A stretch of DNA of 64,000 nt. It comes from Octopus bimaculoides (taxonomy: Eukaryota). Shown piece by piece: positions 51,403-64,000 of the stretch; position 1 is the first letter of the stretch, and each line of letters begins with the position of its first letter. Under the pieces are notes generated by a model, which worked only from the letters and a program-made list of their open reading frames with translations, was not told the DNA's origin and did no database searches. The stretch is taken from contig NC_068987.1 of NCBI RefSeq assembly GCF_001194135.2, positions 89,716,714 through 89,780,713 on the forward strand. Reading direction: 5' to 3'. A program made the translations under genes and the position numbers.

Positions 51403-51810
51403 ATTTGTGACACTTCGTCGGTTACGACGACAAGGGTTCCAGTTGATTCGATTAACGGAATAGTGTGCTCATGAAATTAACGTGCACTCCACAGACATGT
51501 GTACCCATAACGTAGTTCTCGGGGAGATTCAGCATGAGACAGAGTGTGACAAGGCTGGCCCTTTGAAATACTGGTACAACAGAAACAGGAAGAGTAAGAG
51601 AAAGTTATGATGAAAGGGTTCGCCACCAACCCTTGCAGGAGCGACGTGGGGCTTTTTAGGTGTTTTCGCTCAATAAACACTCATAATGCCCGGTCTGAAA
51701 ATCAAAACCGCAATCCTACGACCGCGAGTCCGCTGCCCTAACCACTGGACNNNNNNNNNNNNNNNNNNNNNNNNNNNNNNNNNNNNNNNNNNGGACCATT
51801 GCGCCTCCAC
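51403..51810 (-). mobile_element. Full-length SINE family C copy with 11-bp TSD
   Basis: Reverse complement of 2154-2539. AACAGATAATT flanks it at 51392-51402 and 51811-51821. Confidence 0.9.
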
Positions 51811-53207
51811 AACAGATAATTTTTGGAGAGTGGGGTCAGTCGATTAGATCGATCCTAGTACGCAACTGGTTATCGACCCCGAAAGGATGAAAGGCAAAGT
51901 CGACCTCGGCGGAATTTGAACTCAGGACGTAAAGACAGACGAAATACCGCTAAGCATTTCGCCCGGCGTGCTAACGTTTCTTATTTCTTTATTGCCCACA
52001 GAGGGCAATAGAGGGGACAAACAAGGACAGATAAAGGGATTAAGTCGATTACATCGACCCCAGTGCGTAACTGGTGCTTAATTTATCGACCCTGAAAGGA
52101 TGAAAGCAGCTCGCTGCCTTCTCACAACAAATAATTAACAGCACCAATGTCGATTGTAAGTTTGCTGGTTTTGTCGTATTTTTCTTCTTGTCAATGAAAT
52201 GCGAAAGAGAAATGTGAAGTTGTGTCTTACCGTTTTGCCTTTCTCAGTGGTAACGATTCTCCTTTGTTTGTTGATGTTTGATTTGTTCGTTCTTTTAGAA
52301 AAAAAAATGTAAAACTGTATTTTTCAAAGATTACAAACTGAATTAGTTGATGGTCTGTTGTAAAGGCACGTATGCAATCGTTGGCGTACATAGACACATA
52401 TAACACTCACAATCTATTTCACACATACTCAAACATACCCACACAACCCACACACACTCACTCTCACAATCACAGGGACTATTTCACACACACACAAAGC
52501 ATTTTCACATAACTACGCAAACCCACACACACACTCCTCTCTCTCTCCCTCCCCCTTTCTCTCTTTCTGTCATATACTCTCTATTTTTAATCTTACTTCT
52601 CTCCTTCCTCTCACTGCCCCTACTTTATCCAATATCAGTCAGACTGATTAAAATGAAAAAAGAAAACAAAAAAAAAAATACAGAAAAGAAAAGAAAGAGA
52701 GAGTTAAATTTCAGTTGAATCTACTGAATAAAACTCACTACATTTACAGACAACAATTGTGATAACACAGAAGAGAATATTGTTTCGTTCACTCGTTTTA
52801 CTTATTTATTTCGTTTGTTTATTCATTTATATATTTAATATATTTATTTAATCTATTTATTTATTCACATGTCATTTATATATTTATTTACTTATCGAGG
52901 TTGTGTGTCCTTGTGGAAAAGTAAAATACTTAAAGCTACAATTTCTACTTTACGCTTTTATAATTTACATATATCTGCTATATATTTGTGAAAAGGGCAG
53001 ATGTTGTCTCAGAAGCAGTTGTACAGGTAAAAGTGTTAGGAAATGTGGTCAGATTGACCTGAAAATTTGCACACCTATGTTAAAAGTGCTGGGGAGTTTG
53101 CATGGCAAGTTTGAGTTTGCTCAGTTGAAAGGCGTGGCCTCTAGGGCAAAATTCCTCATCTTTAAAATGTGACCCGAGTAGACCCGAATGAAATCGAGTC
53201 CTAATAC

Positions 53208-53249
<42 letters not shown>

Positions 53250-53858
53250 TATGATATATTCTGTTAAGAACGTAGTAGAGTACAGTATAAAGCCTCATCC
53301 ACCTTCAGATTTCACCCTCTGCTCTCCAGTAGAAGTATTATACGTACTTTCAGTTTTGCATTAGGGCATCTGTCGTGTGTAAATGGTTAATTGAAAAAAA
53401 TTGGGGTCAACAAGAAGGGGTACGGTTGGATATTTATTTTACAATCACTCCTAGTGTGCAGGTACTTGATTATGCAACTGTTTCCCTGTACTATGAGATC
53501 TAGTTGTGTTTCTTCAAGCGATATGTAAATATTGTCTCCGTAAGTTTAAAATCATCGGCTTCAAGAACATCCTCTCTGTCTTGGCCTGAATTTAGTAGTA
53601 GTCACTGAACTTATCAGGGTTTGTTGTTACTGAAGGGCTGTTGGCAAACTGCTTTGAATGTGTAGATGTAGTGGGATGGAGAGTCTGGTACTGTGAAAGT
53701 GGTTGCAATTTTAAAGGGATAGGCATTTTATTTCTTTGTACTGGTGATTTGTTCTTCATGGCTGGTTACACATGTGATTTTCCTTAGCTAACCTTTACGA
53801 TTCAACGCTCGGACACATACACACATACACACATACACACGCACACACACACTCATGC

Positions 53859-53894
<36 letters not shown>

Positions 53895-54654
53895 NNNNNN
53901 NNNNNNNNNNNNNNNNNNNNNNNNNNNNNNNNNNNNNNNNNNNNNNNNNNNNNNNNNNNNNNNNNNNNNNNNNNNNNNNNNNNNTATATATATACACACA
54001 TCCACATCCACACACACACACACACACACATATAAATATACACCTACATCTACCTACGTATATACACAGACGCTCGCGTATACGGATATGTACGTGCACT
54101 CACATACATACACATATATAGACATACCTACACTCGCATGCATATAGACACACAGATACCCGTGTATACATGCACACACACGCACACACTCACACCCATA
54201 CATATAAATATATATGTATTCATACACATATACATATATATATTCATACACATATACAGATATACATATATATATATATCTGTCAGACGTAGACCATGAT
54301 GAATACCACAAGGTATGAAAATACGTATTCGCCTTTATATATTTAATTCTTTATATTGAACACTCAATATTTCATATATTCAATAAGACATATTCCATAT
54401 ATTCAATAAGACATTCAATACTTTATTTCATTGTACCATCCATTTTTATTTTATATTATATATTGTATATTATATTGTATATTCCATATTCTATATCCCA
54501 CATTGGTTTTGCAGGAATATCCCACATTGGTTTTGCAGGAATAAATAAAACATAAAAAACAGACAGTGTTGGAACTCTTTTAAACAAAATAATACATATA
54601 TATATATATACACGTATACATATAATATACACATGTATGCACGCATACATGGAT

Positions 54655-54910
54655 AGGAGTGGCTGTGTGGTAAGTAGCTTGCTTACCAACCACATGGTTC
54701 CGGGTTCAGTCCCACTGCGTGGCACTTTGGGCAAGTGTCTTCTACTATAGCCTCGGGCTGACCAAAGCCTTGTGAGTGGATTTGGTAGACGGAAACTGAA
54801 AGAAGCCCGTCGTATATATGTGCATGTATATATAGATGTGTGTGTTTGTGTGTCTGTGTTTGTCCCCCTAGCATTGCTTGACAACCGATGCTGGTGTGTT
54901 TATGTCCCCG
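54655..54910 (+). mobile_element. SINE family B copy
   Basis: GGAGTGGCTGTGTGGTAAGTAGCTTG head, B-box GGTTCAGTCCC, internal TA/TG microsatellite. Confidence 0.88.
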
Positions 54911-56302
54911 NNNNNNNNNNATATATATATATATATATATATACATAGATATATACTTACACATATAAACACGCGCACACAAATACAGATGTGTACACAC
55001 ACTCACATGCATACACATATATGAATATATGCACATCCATACACTCGCACGTTTATACATGCACATATACTCATGTGTGCATACACACACTTATACACAC
55101 ACACACACACATATATATATTTACTTATGTAGGTACATACATTCATGCATTGTAAACACATGGACAGGCACACATACGTATATGTAGAGAGAAATACAAC
55201 CAGACACACGCACACATGGGTAGAGGGGAAGAAGAGAGGGAGAGGGTTCACTGAATTATCATTATTTCACATTGCTGAATCTAGAAATTGCATATTTGGC
55301 GGGATGGGGACATCTCGGTATTTTCTCACCATGCTTGTTTACCAAGTTTTCATTACTTAACAGGATGCACAAGGCTTCCTCAAGGCATTGCTCACATACG
55401 CCGGATAGAGTATTATCTGAGTGTGCATTTTTTATTATTGACCAAGCGAAGAGAAATAACATTCATTTGAACATCATAGAGAAATACAGGTATATAAAAT
55501 ACCATACAACATAAATTCTTGGTTTATTAAAATTATCTCTACCTGTAGAGGATGTGTCGTAATTACCAAATAGCAATTAAATCTGTCTTCATTTGAGAGC
55601 GGAGATTATCTCAGAAATCAAGGATTCTCTACAATTGACATACCACCAAAGAAAAGGACAGTTTTATTGTCTGGAGATAAGAGGACAGTGGAGGACACGT
55701 GTTTGCGGCTCAGTAACCGTCATGAAGACGACATTTGTCCGACCTTATCTCCTGTAGCCAAGGGACTTAAACTGAAGTAAAGCAGAGTAGAGTACATTTA
55801 TGTCCTAGGTCTTAATTAAAATCTTGTTTACACCAAATTCCGCAACAATTCCCCGCTGATAGATCAAAAGATCATTTTCCTCGTGGGGTCTCCTTGGTAC
55901 AGTCAGACGCTTGTATTTCAAATGTGTCGAGCTTGTACAATAAAATTCTGAATATAGAATTGACTACAACAATGACTCAAAAATGCTTTTTGCGAAAAAT
56001 AAACATATTTATCACAATTTCTCGCAGAACCGACGGTCACATGTCACAGAAAGCTAACGTTTAAGAAACGTTGGTATAGAGTTTCCTTTGTTAGATCTCG
56101 AGGTTGTCTAGCTGGTACAAAAGTTCTTTATTTACAGTTATAAAACTGCAGTTGGCTCTCAAACTGAAAATCAGGGACATCGTCGCATTGTTGTGATGCA
56201 CATATTTATGTAAATTTTGAATAACAGGTTTCTCACGACGTCGCTTATGCAACAATATGATTTTTAAAAAATTCACCTAGATACAGCCTGAGAACTGCAT
56301 TT

Positions 56303-56436
56303 CCATACATACATACATACATACATACATACATACATACATACATACATACATACATACATACGTACGTACGTACGTACGTACGTACGTACGTACATAC
56401 ATACGTACGTACGTACATACATACATACATACATAC
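56303..56436. repeat. Compound (CATA)n/(CGTA)n microsatellite
   Basis: Direct reading. Similar tracts lie near 9277, 37481 and 59411; (TA)n tracts near 10497, 10896, 53201 and 59868; (CA)n tracts near 11344 and 42817. Confidence 0.95.
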
Positions 56437-57205
56437 AAGCAAAAGTACCCTATTGTTGATGTTGAAATTTCGCGCACACACACACACACATACACACACA
56501 CATACACACACACANNNNNNNNNNNNNNNNNNNNNNNNNNNNNNNNNNNNNNNNNNNNNNNNNNNNNNNNNNNNNNNNNNNNNNNNNNNNNNNNNNNNNN
56601 NNNNNNNNNNNNNNNNNNNNNNNNNNNNNNNNNNNNNNNNNNNNNNNNNNNNNNNNNNNNNNNNNNNNNNNNNNNNNNNNNNNNNNNNNNNNNNNNNNNN
56701 NNNNNNNNNNNNNNNNNNNNNNNNNNNNNNNNNNNNNNNNNNNNNNNNNNNNNNNNNNNNNNNNNNNNNNNNNNNNNNNNNNNNNNNNNNNNNNNNNNNN
56801 NNNNNNNNNNNNNNNNNNNNNNNNNNNNNNNNNNNNNNNNNNNNNNNNNNNNNNNNNNNNNNNNNNNNNNNNNNNNNNNNNNNNNNNNNNNNNNNNNNNN
56901 NNNNNNNNNNNNNNNNNNNNNNNNNNNNNNNNNNNNNNNNNNNNNNNNNNNNNNNNNNNNNNNNNNNNNNNNNNNNNNNNNNNNNNNNNNNNNNNNNNNN
57001 NNNNNNNNNNNNNNNNNNNNNNNNNTGTATACGTGTATGTGTGCGTGTGTATGTATGTACGTATGCATGTATGTATATATATATGCATGTATGTATATAT
57101 ATGCATGCATGCATGTATGTATGTGTGTATATATGCACGTATGCATGTATGTGTGTGTATGTATGTATGCATATATGCGCGTGTGTGTATGCATGTATTC
57201 ATGCA

Positions 57206-57540
57206 TCTATACAAGGAGCACTCCGTCGGTTACGACGATGTCGGTTCCAGCTGATACGGTCAACGGAACAGCCTGCTCGTGAAATTAACGTGCAAGTGGC
57301 TGAGCACTCCACAGACACGTGTACCCTTAACGTAGTTCTCAGGGAGATTCAGCGCGACACAGAGTGTGACAAGGCTGGCTCTTTTTAATACAAGTACTGC
57401 TCATTTTTGCCAGCTGAGTGAACTGGAGCAACGTGAAATAAAGTGTCTTGCTCAAGGACATAACGCGTCGCCGGGAATTGAACTCACGACCTTACGATCA
57501 TGAGCCGAATTCCCTAACCACTAAGCCACACGTCTTCACA
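57206..57540 (-). mobile_element. Chimeric SINE: family D head and CORE-like block plus family C tail
   Basis: 57384-57540 matches the family D head; 57206-57380 matches 2360-2530. Confidence 0.75.
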
Positions 57541-57589
57541 TGTACGTATGTATGTATGTATGCATGCATGCATGCATGCATGTATGTTG

Positions 57590-57790
57590 TTGAAGCTGTT
57601 TCACTGTGAAGGTATTTAAGTTGAGATGAACTTTGTCCCAGTATTGTTTTAACCGCTCATGTATCCGATTGAAGGATCATCTCGGGCTTTTTCATAGCAC
57701 CGAAGTAAATCTTGGTTTAGTTGTTGAGATCAAATAAAAATGAGAAGCGTGCTTACGTCTTCTTAAATAACTTACTGATGAAGCAGATCT
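57590..57790 (-). mobile_element. Possible N-terminal remnant of an R4/Dong-like LINE ORF
   Basis: Frameshifted KARDDPSIGYM / RLKQYWDKVHLNLNTFTVKQLQ resembles the GYxKRxxxxW N-terminal motif of these elements (from memory). Confidence 0.4.
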
Positions 57791-58969
57791 GTGTTCATTG
57801 GTGGTGACGTTGTTAGTTTCATCTGTGGTGGTGTTAGTTTCAGCCATAATCGTGTTAAAGAGATTCCACGTGGTGTAGATGTATATTTTAAAATCTGTTC
57901 AGGATAATGCCACGTTGGTGGGTAAAAGGTGCTTCTCTTGTTAATCATTGGAGAAGTAAACCAGTTACCAGTTTAGGCTGGAGAAGCCGGCATATTTGTA
58001 GAGGAAGGCGTTCACCAACCGATGTTGGTGTGTTTACGTCCCCGTAACATTAACGGTTCGGCAAAAAGCGCCCGATAGAATAAGTACTAGGTTTACAAAG
58101 AATAAGTCCTCGGGTTTTTCGTTTGACTAAAGGCGATGGTCTAGTATGGCCGCAGTCANNNNNNNNNNNNNNNNNNNNNNNNNNNNNNNNNNNNNNNNNN
58201 NNNNNNNNNNNNNNNNNNNNNNNNNNNNNNNNNNNNNNNNNNNNNNNNNNNNNNNNNNNNNNNNNNNNNNNNNNNNNNNNNNNNNNNNNNNNNNNNNNNN
58301 NNNNNNNNNNNNNNNNNNNNNNNNNNNNNNNNNNNNNNNNNNNNNNNNNNNNNNNNNNNNNNNNNNNNNNNNNNNNNNNNNNNNNNNNNNNNNNNNNNNN
58401 NNNNNNNNNNNNNNNNNNNNNNNNNNNNNNNNNNNNNNNNNNNNNNNNNNNNNNNNNNNNNNNNNNNNNNNNNNNNNNNNNNNNNNNNNNNNNNNNNNNN
58501 NNNNNNNNNNNNNNNNNNNNNNNNNNNNNNNNNNNNNNNNNNNNNNNNNNNNNNNNNNNNNNNNNNNNNNNNNNNNNNNNNNNNNNNNNNNNNNNNNNNN
58601 NNNNNNNNNNNNNNNNNNNNNNNNNNNNNNNNNNNNNNNNNNNNNNNNNNNNNNNNNNNNNNNNNNNNNNNNNNNNNNNNNNNNNNNNNNNNNNNNNNNN
58701 NNNNNNNNNNNNNNNNNNNNNNNNNNNNNNNNNNNNNNNNNNNNNNNNNNNNNNNNNNNNNNNNNNNNNNNNNNNNNNNNNNNNNNNNNNNNNNNNNNNN
58801 NNNNNNNNNNNNNNNNNNNNNNNNNNNNNNNNNNNNNNNNNNNNNNNNNNNNNNNNNNNNNNNNNNNNNNNNNNNNNNNNNNNNNNNNNNNNNNNNNNNN
58901 NNNNNNNNNNNNNNNNNNNNNNNNNNNNNNNNNNNNNNNNNNNNNNNNNNNNNNNNNNNNNNNNNNNNN

Positions 58970-59000
<31 letters not shown>

Positions 59001-59862
59001 TGCATACACTCACGTGCGGTGGGTTTCGAGGTTAAACTTCAAAATTGCCCGTCTTTCACAGTCTCACTAACGTGAACATTGACAAATTGTTGAAGCGATA
59101 ACAGCTGATCTGTGCGTGCACACTTGACAGACGAGAGCTCCTTATAGACACAGCTCAAAGTACACTTAGAACTGGTGGATGGTCATTAAGGCTTAGTAGA
59201 GTGGCAAGAAAGAATGGAGGAGAAGAATCTAGAGATATGTCTGACTGATGGACACAGACATTAGACACGCGTCAAGTGAGGAACGAAAAAGGCAGGAAGG
59301 GAAGGAGGGAAAAAGAAAAAGGGTGTGTGTGTGTGAGTGATAGAAATACTGAACTACTTTCTGATAACGATTCCTATCTCTTTGACTGATGTACATACAT
59401 ACACACAGCTATGTATGTATGTATGTATGTATGTATGTATGTATGTATGTATGTATGTATGTATGTATATAATTAAATTAATAATAATATACATATGTAT
59501 ATGATTATATGAAGAAGGGAGCAAGGGCGAAAACGACCTATCTTCAACATGCTACAAGTGCCGAGACCTTCAAAAGACTACCCCAAAAAATCCAGATAAA
59601 TAAACACATGGCTGAAAGCGGACGAGTGAAAGAATATTAAAAAGATCTCACGTTAATTGTGGATTGGTTCCAATTTCTGGATTAAAACCATAAACAGACT
59701 TACTTCTTTCGTTAACACAATACACGGGGTGACATAAATACAAATAATTGTACATACCGTACAAAGCAGGTTCACACGTCTACATACAAATATTTGCACG
59801 TACAGATCCAAAATTAGTGAATTTTAAATCTCCTCATGACAACCACGTGTATTCTTATAATA

Positions 59863-59930
<68 letters not shown>

Positions 59931-60139
59931 GCACTCACACACACACATATACATAACATATATTTGGTTTAAATGATACAAAAAACGACGACACCGGTGA
60001 GGGAACAAGAAACAAGATATGTTAGTTTGACGCTCAGGAAAAATAGAAGTCTCTGACGTTTCGAGCCGACGCTCTTCTACAAAAAGGAATGAGGAGAGAA
60101 AACAAATGGAGAGATGTACAAAACAGAAATCAGATCTGA

Positions 60140-60515
60140 GCTAGAAAGTTACACCTTTGTTATCGACTAACAAAAGAATAACTACTGAAAATCTGATCAA
60201 CAAGAGAGGTAAGAATGCTTCTAGATGTCAACTTTGTGATAAAAACTGTCGATTGTGCCATACCAGTATGGTGGCAAGTATCCTTCATATCAACAGGAGC
60301 TGTCTCAAAATGTCTGCAAGGCGCCATCTTCTCATGCAACATGACGTTGTTGCTAAAATGATCTACAATGCTATGCGCAAGAAGCATTAACTTGACAGTT
60401 AAACCGTTATTTCTAAACCAGAATGTATCTTGAACCTTAAAAATGAAGAAACATTTCAATAAATATAGCAATCAGCTGCAAATGCAATAGGCCAGGGCGT
60501 GTTGTATGAGACGGG
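60140..60515 (+). mobile_element. R4/Dong/NeSL-like (RLE) LINE remnant: CCHC knuckle and RHD region
   Basis: CRLCHTSMVASILHINRSCLKMSARRHLLMQHDVVAKMIYN, followed by CNRPGRVV (NRPD-like). Confidence 0.75.
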
Positions 60516-60924
60516 GAGTAAAAGTCGTGCACCGTTGTAGAGATCAGCTGGTGTAAATATTTCTTAAAAACTGGGAAAAGGAGAGCAGCTCTGAAGAGTT
60601 GATGAGAAACTTACAGATCAGATTTTCATTTGTACCTATTATCATAGGTCCAACGAGATACATAACAACTGCTTCGCCTAGAAACATAGATGCTGGGATT
60701 CTCCAAAGCAAGAACAAAGCAAATACAATTGATTAGAGGTGCAATGGAAATGGCAAAACATTCCAGGGGTTCTCCATTTAAGATTCCAGAGCTGATCATA
60801 AGCACACATTTACATACACACACACATACACGCATGCACAAACAGTAATGCAGTACAGATGCACTTGAGTACTGATATGCATACATACTACACGAGTGCA
60901 GATTTGTTCAGACATACACATATA

Positions 60925-61786
60925 CGTGGTCTGATCAATAAATATTCGGACTGTTACCATAGTAACGAAGCTAAAGCATGCACAAATTGACCTTGAACTC
61001 TGCTGTGCATGCGCACTAAGTTTTAATGTTCTAGCACACTTCCGCTGTTACAGCAGTGCTTGGAAGGAAGGTGTGTAGCTTGTGAACGTCACATTGACCA
61101 TGATAGAGAAAGTCGAGCAAAGAATCTGCATCAAGTATTGCTAAAAACTTGGTGCTACCTGCCCAGAGGCCTCCGCAAAGTTTTCAAAAAGTTTTCATCG
61201 TTCTCGATACAATCAACTGAAACCCGAATGTCTTTTTGGTCAGCTGAAAGCAGTTTTGGCACAAGCTTGGCGGACATGCAACTCATATCTAAATCCTCAG
61301 TGATAATGGACTGAACTGATCCGTAACTAATCTGCACATCCTCTGATAACTCACGGATAGTGATTCGACAATTTCCCCTCACAGCTGCATGCACATCTGC
61401 AATGGTTTTCTCAGTTCTGTTGGTTGCGGATCTCCCAGAACGTTCGTTAATATCGACATTTTTTCGGCCAACTTGGAAACGTCTGAACCGCTCATACACT
61501 TGTATGCCGCTCATACACTCCTCTCCGTACACTTTCTGCAACCTTGCGTAACCCTTTGAGCAAGTATCGCCATGACGACTTTCTCTGTCATGATCAATGC
61601 GGCGATCACACGCTATACACATTCCTTCCAAGGACTGTTGTAAACAGCAGAAGTGAGCTAGAACATTAAAACTTAGTGGGCATGCACAGCTGAGTTCAAG
61701 GTCAATCTTTGCCAAGCGGCTTTACTCTGTGTTTCTTTAGCTTTGTTACAAATGTAAGAGTCCGGATACTTATTGATCAGACCTCG
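60925..61786. mobile_element. Rearranged mariner made of two inward-facing 5' ends
   Basis: 28-bp TIRs with TA TSDs at 60923-60924 and 61787-61788. Transposase starts on + at 61100 (MIEKVEQRICIKYC*KLG) and on - at 61591 (HTH through ENFLKT). Confidence 0.88.
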
Positions 61787-63701
61787 TATGCAGACTCGCA
61801 CATATGCATACACATATATACACACGCCAACCGGTCTTCGAAATAACTTAGCACTTTCGAGATATTTCTCTTATTCAGAATATGCTTACTGGCCTTTTGT
61901 AACATTCATCTTTTTTCTGTGTACATTGAAACATGAGATTTACATCTTAAATGCTTAAAGACAGAGGAGTTTATTAGAAAAGATGTGGGATCTTTTTTAA
62001 ATTCATTCCAATCACCAGAATTTTCTCAAATTATTTAAACGTTTATAGGTTCGTATGATGATGACGGAAATCACATTCATTTTCTCTAGAAATAAGTAAC
62101 CCTTTCTATTATCGACGTAAGGCCTAAAGTCATGGGGGAGGGGTTTAGTCGATTATATCGACCCGAGTGCTTGACTTCTATTTCTTTAATCGACTCCGTG
62201 AGGATGAAAAGCAAAGTCGACCTCGGCGAAATTTGAACTCAGAGCGTAAAAACGGACGAAATGCCGCTAAGCATTTTCTTCGGGTGCTAACAGTTCTGCT
62301 AGCTCACTACCCTTTCTCTAGAAATTTATGAGGGAAAAGTTACAAGTCTATGAGATTATGTAATTTTAGCCAATCGAAACATCCGTTGTCAACATAGCGG
62401 AAGTCGCAACTGTTTGTTTCCATGGAAACATTCTTAAAGTTATGAGACTAAAAATTATATAACTTTAGAGGCTTGTAATTTTTTTATTATTAATTTCTAG
62501 AGAAAATGGATGTATTTTTCGTCATCAGCGTGCAAAACTACATCAGTGTTAAACATTTGAAAACTTCCGGTGACTGGAAAGAAATTTTTAAAAATCCGTG
62601 ATGAGATTGAACCTCAGGACAAATGATTGCATGGAAACTTCTCGGTTAGCTTTTGTGAGAAAAGTGTACATATTATGTGAAGATAATAATAACAGGCCAC
62701 GTGAAATAGTAAATCACTGACTTAACATATTTAGCCGTACTGTGTTATCACCTTATGGTGATAACATTAAATGTAAGCTGTTGGCGGCTATCTGAGATTG
62801 TTTCTACACAAAGATAAGATAATAACTGGATGCTAACAGACAAACCGATGATAAACTACAAATGGCAAATTAGTTAATGAGTCAACAAAAAGTACTAACA
62901 GCTAAATGACTAAATACAGTGTTTCGAGGGTCAAAATGTTTGAGTCTAAAACATTGAACCAGCTCATTACATTTTGTTTTACTTTTGTTTTTTATTTACA
63001 CTTTTTTTTCCGGGGGCTCTTAAGGTTGGTTACCCGGTTTTCATGGTGTATAAGTGACTAAGATTACATCATTCCTTCCCTGAATGGGACACTGGTCCAT
63101 TGCAGAGTTCAAGGCCAACAGTTTTTGAGGGGAAAGTGCAAGTCCACTACATCGACCCCAGTACTTGATTGATACCTTATTTTATCAGCCCCGAAGGAAT
63201 GAAAGGCAGAGTTGACCTCGGCGGGATTTGAACTTAGAACGTAAAGATTCGGAAGAAATCCGAGACTGAAAATTTCTTGATTGCAACACAGGATCAAAGC
63301 CTCCATGAGAAACCACTAAAAACATGCAATGAAATATAATAAATAAAACAACTTCAGAATATACGAAGGGACAAATAAGTCCTTAAGACCGATCCCACGT
63401 AAAACCATGAGATTTTTTCCGAAGTTACATTGTGTTATATACTGGATACAACTCTGAACCGTAGAGGGAAGCGACTAGACTGCTTATACAGAGCAGATAA
63501 CCCAGTTGCTATATATATACGACGGCAGTAGAGAAAATTTGAGAATTTATTCTAGAGATGCTAAACAGCATTTTGTCCGTCTTTACGTTCTGAGTTCAAA
63601 TTCCACCGAGGTTGACTTTGCCTTTCATCCTTTCGCACTGGGTCGATGAAATCGACTATCCCCTCCCACAGATTTCAGGCCTTGTGCCTATAGCAAAAAG
63701 G

Positions 63702-63704
<3 letters not shown>

Positions 63705-63732
<28 letters not shown>

Positions 63733-64000
63733 TTATTGTTCAGTAGTTTTATTTTTATAACGTGCTTTCACTTCACTACCGAGCGCAGCTTTGTGTGCCT
63801 TGGGTATGTGCTGTGGTTTGCTGTGATGCTCTTATGGTTACTGTATTGAAAGTGTTTTGTGTAGGATGTGTGCAGTGCCCAGTAGTGCAATTTTCTGTAT
63901 GTTATATATATTTGTAAGTCCTGGTGTTTTTGTTATGTATTTGTATGAATATTTTTTTATTATACCTAAGGCACCTACTATGATAGAAATTGTTTCTGTT
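63705..64000 (-). mobile_element. 3' end of an R4/Dong-like LINE with (TAA)n tail
   Basis: IIVGALGIIKKYSYKYITKTPGLTNIYNIQKIALLGTAHILHKTLSIQ*, then a 3' UTR and AAT repeats. Confidence 0.85.

Noticed and set aside
15446-59075. Long ORFs in the track made of X runs or VCVC/THTH/YIYI/MYVC repeats
   Set aside because: They are artefacts of N gaps and microsatellites, not proteins.
62505-62535. CTGATGACGAAA on the minus strand as a hammerhead
   Set aside because: There is no stem II, and stems I and III cannot be formed.
1-64000. CRISPR arrays, operons, rRNA or prokaryote-type systems
   Set aside because: The DNA is spliced eukaryotic sequence; no repeat-spacer array, rRNA or long intronless ORF was seen.

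Overview
AT-rich, repeat-dense animal genomic DNA with many N gaps. The SINE families and microsatellite load suggest an octopus or other coleoid cephalopod (inference). Two spliced protein-coding genes lie tail-to-tail, both rebuilt by hand from GT/AG sites with consistent reading-frame phases. (1) A + strand SDR9C-type short-chain dehydrogenase (BDH1/RDH/17bHSD-like) has 5 exons at 1908-12479, and its first exon lies upstream of the window. (2) A - strand CDF/SLC30 (ZnT1/ZnT10-like) transporter has 5 exons at 35765-22617, about 334 aa. Its transmembrane metal site reads R-D/H-N instead of H-D/H-D. No convincing gene was found from about 36 kb to 64 kb. The rest is tRNA-derived SINEs, RTE and R4/Dong-like LINE remnants, mariner, maT and Merlin-like transposon remnants, MITEs and microsatellites. 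The most interesting points are the degenerate ZnT metal site, a spacer-less palindrome of two back-to-back tRNA-like heads in an SDR intron, Penelope-type hammerhead ribozyme motifs, a mariner built from two 5' ends, and a telomere-repeat MITE nested in a minimal mariner. All coordinates and identities were read by eye. Nothing here is established as a new biological system.
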